Positions 58,358 through 64,000 of a stretch of DNA of 64,000 bases are shown piece after piece. Source of the stretch: Candidatus Bathyarchaeota archaeon (lineage in GTDB: Archaea > Thermoproteota > Bathyarchaeia > RBG-16-48-13 > JAGTRE01); the NCBI GenBank assembly GCA_018396415.1, contig JAGTRE010000004.1, forward strand, positions 21,380 through 85,379, written 5' to 3'. Position 1 is the stretch's first letter. Every line of letters starts with the position of its first letter. A program made the position numbers and the translations under genes. Under the pieces are notes generated by a model. It was not told the origin of the DNA and did no database searches. It saw nothing but the letters and a program-made list of their open reading frames with translations.

Positions 58358-59622
58358 TCCCCGCCATAATTGTTCAGCGGCGTCTCCCTCACGAATCCTC
58401 AAACTTAAATGAACTTAAAGGACTGGCGGAGTCTGCTGATTATTCCGTTGTTTACGCGATTGAACAGGTTCGCGAACCGGATGCGGCATATCAAGTTGGG
58501 AAAGGAAAGGCAGAAGAAATAGCTAAAATTGTCAAGGAACTCGGGGCAGAAAAAATAATTTTTGATAACGATTTGAAACCTATCCAAGCATATAACCTAG
58601 CGAAACTCACCGGAGTCGAAGCAATTGATCGCTTTCAACTTATCCTTGAAATTTTTGCCAAGCGCGCTCACACTAAGGATGCTCAATTGCAGATTCAACT
58701 GGCAAAATTGCGGTATGAACTCGCCCACGCAAGAGAAAAAGTCAGACTTGCAAAAATGGGAGAGCAGCCTGGCTTTCATGGATTGGGAAAATATGAAGTT
58801 GATGTATACTATGAAATGATCCATCGACAGATGGATCGGATTAAAAACGAAATTAAAAGAATCCGTAAGAAGAGAGGACTTCGGCGGAAGCGGCGGCTTG
58901 AGCTTGGTTTCTCTCTTGTAGCGCTAGCGGGTTATACCAATGCTGGGAAAAGTACTTTATTTAATGCGCTTACTTGTGAGGAAGTTCCAGTTGGGGAAGG
59001 ACTTTTCACAACTTTATCAACAACCACGCGGGCAGTAAAGTTCAATGGAAAGAGAGTTCTGTTGACAGATACCGTTGGCTTCATAGATCGGCTTCCAATA
59101 GCCTTAATTGAAGCTTTCCGCGCAACACTAGAAGATACTATTTTTTCTGATGCAATTATTCTAGTTGTTGACATTAGTGAATCGATACAGGAGCTTCAAA
59201 GAAAGCTTTCCTGTAGTTTAAATACAATCCAAGAGATTGGCGCTGGCGGTATTCCAATCATTACCGGGATGAACAAGATAGATTTAATATCCCCAAGCGA
59301 GCTTGAGCGGCGAATGGCATATTTGCAAGGGATTGCTCCAAATCCAGTAGCTATATCTTCGCTTTACAGAAAAAATCTCGATCTGCTTTGCGAGGAAGTT
59401 GCACGAAACCTTGAAGACTACATCAAAGCTTCCTTTGTTATTCCAAATAATCAGGCAACAATGTCATTTCTATCTTGGCTACACGGGCAAGCTAATGTTT
59501 CTACTGTCAACTATGAAAGTGATCGGGTAGTCGTTGAAATGGAGGCATTGCCACGGTTTATTGGTTTAATCCAAGGGAAGGTTAAGCAACTCGGAGGCAC
59601 TTTCATTTATTTGAAAGAGTGA
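58354..59622 (+). CDS. hflX: GTPase HflX
   Basis: GYTNAGKSTLFNALT (G1), DTVGF (G3), NKID (G4), and an HflX N-terminal domain. ATGA overlap with mbf1. Confidence 0.85.
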   Translation: MIPAIIVQRRLPHESSNLNELKGLAESADYSVVYAIEQVREPDAAYQVGKGKAEEIAKIVKELGAEKIIFDNDLKPIQAYNLAKLTGVEAIDRFQLILEIFAKRAHTKDAQLQIQLAKLRYELAHAREKVRLAKMGEQPGFHGLGKYEVDVYYEMIHRQMDRIKNEIKRIRKKRGLRRKRRLELGFSLVALAGYTNAGKSTLFNALTCEEVPVGEGLFTTLSTTTRAVKFNGKRVLLTDTVGFIDRLPIALIEAFRATLEDTIFSDAIILVVDISESIQELQRKLSCSLNTIQEIGAGGIPIITGMNKIDLISPSELERRMAYLQGIAPNPVAISSLYRKNLDLLCEEVARNLEDYIKASFVIPNNQATMSFLSWLHGQANVSTVNYESDRVVVEMEALPRFIGLIQGKVKQLGGTFIYLKE

Positions 59623-60173
59623 TGGGTTTGCCGAAAATTGTTGTCCTCCGGATTGGTCATAGAATACCGCGAGATGCGAGAATTACAACCCATGTATGTC
59701 TAGCTGCGAGAGCCTTCGGTGCGGATGGAATTATAATTAGTGACGTGATAGACGAGAAGTTAAGGCAGACTATAGAGAATGTGGTTGACCAATTCGGGGG
59801 GACTTTTTACATAGAGATGGGTACGCCCTGGAAGAAAGTTGTGACCGATTGGTTGCTTCATGGAGGAGAAGTCGTCCATCTTACAGTATATGGAATTCCC
59901 TTGCCAGAGGTGATCGAACGATTGCGAGCATCGCAACGTGATAAGTTGGTTGTAGTAGGTGGTCCAAAAATTCCTGGCGAAATTTATCGAATTGCGACTT
60001 ATAATGTTTCGATTACTAAGCAACCTCACTCTGAAGTTTCAAGTCTTAGTGTTTTCCTCGATTGGTATTTTCAGGGGAAAGAGTTTTACAAGGTATTTGA
60101 AGGTGCAAAATTAAAGATTGGTTCTTCCGAAAGTGGAAAGAAGGTTTTTAGAGTTGAAAGTAGACATTTGTAA
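59622..60173 (+). CDS. trm56: tRNA (cytidine56-2'-O)-methyltransferase aTrm56 (SPOUT)
   Basis: VLRIGHRIPRDARITTHVCLAARAFGADG and a C-terminal knot region VGGPKIPGEIY. It overlaps the hflX stop. Confidence 0.7.
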   Translation: MGLPKIVVLRIGHRIPRDARITTHVCLAARAFGADGIIISDVIDEKLRQTIENVVDQFGGTFYIEMGTPWKKVVTDWLLHGGEVVHLTVYGIPLPEVIERLRASQRDKLVVVGGPKIPGEIYRIATYNVSITKQPHSEVSSLSVFLDWYFQGKEFYKVFEGAKLKIGSSESGKKVFRVESRHL

Positions 60174-60208
60174 AGTATTGATAAGCTTCTGGGAGATCAA
60201 ATAGTACT

Positions 60209-60721
60209 TTGTCCATGATGGTCAACGAGGAAATGCTTATCAAAGTTGCGAGGGTACTCGGAGGGGAAGAAGCAGTTAAGATTGTTAATGCTCTGAAGAA
60301 GCTTGGTAAGGCTACTGATGATGAGCTTTCAGCAAAGACTGATGTACGGTTAAATGTAGTTAGGAAAATTCTCTACCGGCTTTACGATTTTTCTCTCGTT
60401 ACTTGTGATCGTCTTCGCGACGAGAAAACGGGTTGGTTTATTTTTTACTGGAAGCTCCAGCCAGATCAAGTTGAAGGTTTTATTCAAAATCAGAAAAGAA
60501 AAGTTCTCGAGAAACTTCAAGCTCGTCTTGCATATGAGGAGGATCATGATTTCTACTCTTGTTTTACACCTACATGTGGGCGGCTTACATTTGAAGAAGC
60601 GCTTGAATCCGTTTTTAGGTGTCCCTCATGTGGTAAGCCACTTCAGCATTTTGACAATAGTAAGATCATTGCCATACTGAAAAATAAGGTCGAAACACTT
60701 CAAAAGGAACTCTCAGAGTGA
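60209..60721 (+). CDS. tfe: Transcription factor E (TFE alpha)
   Basis: A winged helix (TDDELSAKTDVRLNVVRKILYRLYD..GWFIFYWKL) and a zinc ribbon-like C..C..CPSCG. Confidence 0.75.
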   Translation: MSMMVNEEMLIKVARVLGGEEAVKIVNALKKLGKATDDELSAKTDVRLNVVRKILYRLYDFSLVTCDRLRDEKTGWFIFYWKLQPDQVEGFIQNQKRKVLEKLQARLAYEEDHDFYSCFTPTCGRLTFEEALESVFRCPSCGKPLQHFDNSKIIAILKNKVETLQKELSE

Positions 60722-60757
60722 CTAGCCTGAGTCTCGGTTCTCCTGAGGCGATTATAA

Positions 60758-61288
60758 TTGAGCAAGCTTCCCTCAAGGCGGAAAGCATTAAAGCTTCTGA
60801 AAGTTGCTGGTTGCCAGCCCAACATAGTGGAACACTGTAAAATCGTTACTCATGTTGCATTGGAAATTGCGGCAGCATGCCAATTAAAGGGGATTAAAGT
60901 TAATCGCGAGCTTATCGAGGTTGGCGCCCTTCTTCACGATATAGGGCGATCAAAAACACATAATATTGATCATGCGGTTGTTGGAGTTGATATAGCACGG
61001 AGTTTGGGGTTACCTGTGCCGGTATTGCGAATAATTGAAAGGCATATCGGAGCCGGTATAACTGCGAGCGAAGCAAAGGCTCTAGGGCTCCCACCTAAGG
61101 ATTATCGCCCTCAAACTCTAGAGGAAAAAATAGTCGCTTACGCAGATAAGCTGGTAGAAGGCAATCGCAAAGTAGGAATCACAACCGCAATCCATCGTCT
61201 ATCGGAAGAGTTGGGTTCTAAGCATCCGGCTGTAAAGAGACTTACAAAGCTTCATCATGAGTTTACCTCATTACTTGGAGACATTTAA
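60758..61288 (+). CDS. HD-domain protein (HDIG-like)
   Basis: H..x26..LLHDIGR..ERHIGAG. Confidence 0.6.
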   Translation: MSKLPSRRKALKLLKVAGCQPNIVEHCKIVTHVALEIAAACQLKGIKVNRELIEVGALLHDIGRSKTHNIDHAVVGVDIARSLGLPVPVLRIIERHIGAGITASEAKALGLPPKDYRPQTLEEKIVAYADKLVEGNRKVGITTAIHRLSEELGSKHPAVKRLTKLHHEFTSLLGDI

Positions 61289-61289
61289 C

Positions 61290-62066
61290 ATGGTTAGGGT
61301 AACCATAATGGAAAAAGCCTATGGTCCGTACGAAAAAGCCGCTATATACAGCCTCAAGCAAGTTTTAACCCAACTACGCGGTAATCTTAAGGTTAAATTC
61401 AAGGTTACGGGCTTAACAGAACGGCATTGGATCAATCTTGACATTTCTGGTGAAGATAGTTTCGTGTTCACTAATTTATTAGACCGAGAATTTGGGCTTG
61501 CCCCCATTTCAATATCCAACATATCTTTAGCTTCCACATTCCGTGGCAAAATTATTGACTCCGGAAAAGTAGGTTACGGTTTATACATTGACATTGGCGT
61601 TAGTGAACCATCATTATTAGATGCGCTTTTTCCTCTTCACAAAATGAGAAGCCAACTAGTTCTCGGTCGACCTTTTTCAGCTCGCCAGATAATTGACCTC
61701 TATTCCCTCTATGACTACCTTCCATTAACGGTGAAAATCGTGAGTATTGACACGTTCACAAATAAAATTGAAGTCGAACTTTCAGAGCGTCAAGTGAACA
61801 TCTTTAAAACTTGGGCCAATTCAAAACTCGACCGAGTAATTGCAGTTGGTGCTACGGAAAGACGCCTTAAAGATGCTATTATTCAGACGAAGCACCAACG
61901 AGATGTAGTTCAAATTGAAAACCTTGGTCTCTTAGAGCATGCTATTGTATGTAAGTTAGGAACCGAAGCACCAGGGCTAATTTCTGAACTTGGTCCTAAA
62001 CTTCTTAAGACCCGTTTCTATGCCATTCGTCCGGAGAAGATAGGTCATTTTCTTCAAATAGATTAA
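61290..62066 (+). CDS. Conserved archaeal hypothetical protein (possibly DUF2110-like)
   Basis: Clean ORF beginning 2 nt after the HD gene stop. The family assignment is a weak recollection only. Confidence 0.35.
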   Translation: MVRVTIMEKAYGPYEKAAIYSLKQVLTQLRGNLKVKFKVTGLTERHWINLDISGEDSFVFTNLLDREFGLAPISISNISLASTFRGKIIDSGKVGYGLYIDIGVSEPSLLDALFPLHKMRSQLVLGRPFSARQIIDLYSLYDYLPLTVKIVSIDTFTNKIEVELSERQVNIFKTWANSKLDRVIAVGATERRLKDAIIQTKHQRDVVQIENLGLLEHAIVCKLGTEAPGLISELGPKLLKTRFYAIRPEKIGHFLQID

Positions 62067-62078
62067 GACTATTACGAG

Positions 62079-62167
62079 TGGGCCGGGTGGGAGTTGAACC
62101 CACGACCACCACCTCTCCTAGTTGAGCACGTAAGGGTGGCATCCAAACCAAGCTAGACGACCGGCCC
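62079..62167 (-). tRNA. tRNA-Val (anticodon TAC) with a roughly 14-nt intron at or next to 37/38; no encoded CCA
   Basis: Manual fold: acceptor GGGCCGG/CCGGCCC, anticodon stem CCACC/GGTGG, loop CTTACG[intron]A, variable loop TGGTC, T-arm GTGGG-TTCAACT-CCCAC, A73. Confidence 0.85.
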
Positions 62168-62513
62168 TCTAATGAAAGGCTACGGTTACAACTAAAAAAC
62201 ATTTTTAAATATTATTTCCTCGAGAAATCAAGATAAAGGTGATTTACTTATTGCTATAATTGTGTAAAATTCTTATTTTTGAATTGCATTTTTTTAGTTA
62301 GAAACGTTAAAGAATAGCAGTGTATTTACTAGCCCTACGGAGGATATTTTAATGACAGCTTTAAGTTATGTGGAGCCATCAACAATGAAGGCCGTATTCG
62401 TAATCGCTTTCACCTCTGGTGTCACAGGTTTGGTATCAATACAACTCTAGATGAAGACATTCTCGGCCACAACGATGACCAAAAGCTAATAAGAGGGACT
62501 CCAATGGAAAAGC

Positions 62514-64000
62514 CAACGGTATTTGTGAGGAGGGCAAGTGGAATTGTCAGAAGCGCTTCACCTACGGATGCGATGATGTTCAACTACAACTCAGTGAATC
62601 TGGGCTACACATTATTCCTATGTATGATGGTTCTCACACTACCCGGTGCAATTCTTGTTGGCTCACTAATCCTTACGATTCTACTTATCGTGCCCTTTTT
62701 GCTAGTTTACGCATTTTTCACGGCAATCATGCCTCGCTCTGGCGGGGACTACGTATTTGTTAGTAGGACAATGCGCAGGGTTTTTAGCTGGGGGCCTCTC
62801 CTTGGGTTCATGGGAAATGCAAGTGTATGGCTGGCAGAGATAATCTTTCTAGCTATCCAAAGTCTTTGGGTTCCAACAATCTACATGTCATCAGCATTTG
62901 CAACTCTTGGCTATCTTACGGGTAATACGATTTTTATCAGCTGGGCCCACCTTCTTACTACTCCGAGGTTCTCATTGGTTATAGCGTTGATTGTTATCAT
63001 CGGGATAGGACTTACAATGCTGCCGGGGATCAAGTTCCATCTTCGATTTCAGTGGTTACTTTGGATAGTTGGCATGCTTGGAGCTATAATTTCGATATTA
63101 GTATTATGGTCAGTGTTTCTCGGTGGAGGACATAACGCATTTGTTAATGCTTTCAATGAATTCGCTCTTCGGCACATGGGTCCAGATGCCTATAACCAAA
63201 TACTAGTTTCATTAGAGAAGGATTTCAATTTCACAGCTATGCCTCCTGACCCTCGTTGGACATTATTTGCAACTGGAGCACTCTTTACAAGCTTTGGATA
63301 CGCCTACTTTTCTACATACTACGCGGGGGAGATTAGAGAAGCGAACCTCGTTAAGAATCAAATATACTCAATGTTTACACCAGTGTTTCTTATCTTAGTG
63401 GTTACGCTTCTCATAATTATTCCGCTACAGTCTATCGCTGGCTCGGTGTTTCTGGGCGGAACCCAGTTGATATCTCTTATCGCTGCAGAATCTTGGCCAT
63501 TACCGGTGATGCCTTCAGTATTCTTCTTCATAGGGCTCTTGATAGAAAATCCAATACTAAATATTATAGTACAGATAAGCGGCGTGGCGTGGAATTTATT
63601 GATTTGCGCGATATTATTTCCAATGCTAACACGCTGTATATTTGCATGGTCTTTTGATAGAGTTTTTCCTGAGAAACTCGCCGCAGTAGATACGAGGTTT
63701 CACAGTCCTTATGCCGCAGTAATTTTCATAACAATATTAGCAGGTTTCTTAGCTACGCTATTTACATTCTGGCGAGAGGCAACAGAGTTGGCGTATATAG
63801 CTGTCTATGGTGCCAGCGGAATAATGATCGTTACAGCGTTTTTATTTGTATCCATCGCTGCCATCCTTTTCCCATTTGTGATGAAAGATATCTATCAAGT
63901 ATCACCTGTCTCTAAATACAAAGTAGGTAAATTTCCACTTATGAGCATTGTAGGTGTCGCATCTACTGCTGTTATGTTGATGTTTGCATACATGTACTTT
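62514..64000 (+). CDS. APC-superfamily amino acid/polyamine permease (runs off the window end)
   Basis: Not in the ORF track. I translated from ATG at 62514 and found no stop up to 64000. It begins MEKPTVFVRRASGIVRSASPTDAMMFNYN.. and contains AIMPRSGGDYVFVSR and multiple hydrophobic helices. Confidence 0.7.

Noticed and set aside
62352-62450. 32-aa ORF (MTALSYVEPSTMKAVFVIAFTSGVTGLVSIQL) with a GGAGG RBS upstream of the APC permease
   Set aside because: It might be a leader peptide or small membrane protein, but it cannot be told apart from a chance ORF from sequence alone.

Overview
This 64-kb window reads as core chromosome of an anaerobic archaeon, with no sign of a mobile or accessory island. 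All protein-family calls were made by eye from motifs; no database or HMM search was run.

Lineage and lifestyle clues:
- PolD (DP1 and DP2), an Elf1-like zinc-ribbon factor, Alba, multi-OB RPA, TFE, MBF1 and aTrm56 point to a TACK/Bathyarchaeia-like lineage.
- HypF, a class III RNR, IOR and a four-subunit 2-oxoacid:ferredoxin oxidoreductase point to an anaerobe.
- Coding density is high, with many 4-46 nt gene overlaps, and GC content looks moderate.

Main content:
- A predicted replication origin: three 26-bp ORB-like boxes, two of them inverted around an AT-rich stretch, directly upstream of orc1/cdc6, with DP1 nearby.
- Two MTAP paralogs plus an MtnA-like isomerase.
- A korDABG-type oxidoreductase and iorAB.
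- GGGP synthase.
- An RPA-Lhr-SWIM-metallophosphoesterase neighbourhood.
- Divergent pyrB and pyrI.
- An A-type ATPase head/stalk operon in the order H-E-F-A-B-D.
- Four intron-containing tRNA genes, all on the minus strand.
- Edge-truncated hypF (window start) and an APC-type permease (window end). Both are missing from the ORF track.

The most unusual item is a tandem pair of NrdD-like genes. The upstream copy carries an N-terminal ArsR-type winged helix and an ATP-cone, but it has lost the glycyl-radical Gly, the finger-loop Cys and the substrate-side Cys. It therefore looks like a DNA-binding pseudo-RNR. The downstream copy is intact and overlaps a thioredoxin-like gene.

No CRISPR array, transposase, integrase or intein was seen.
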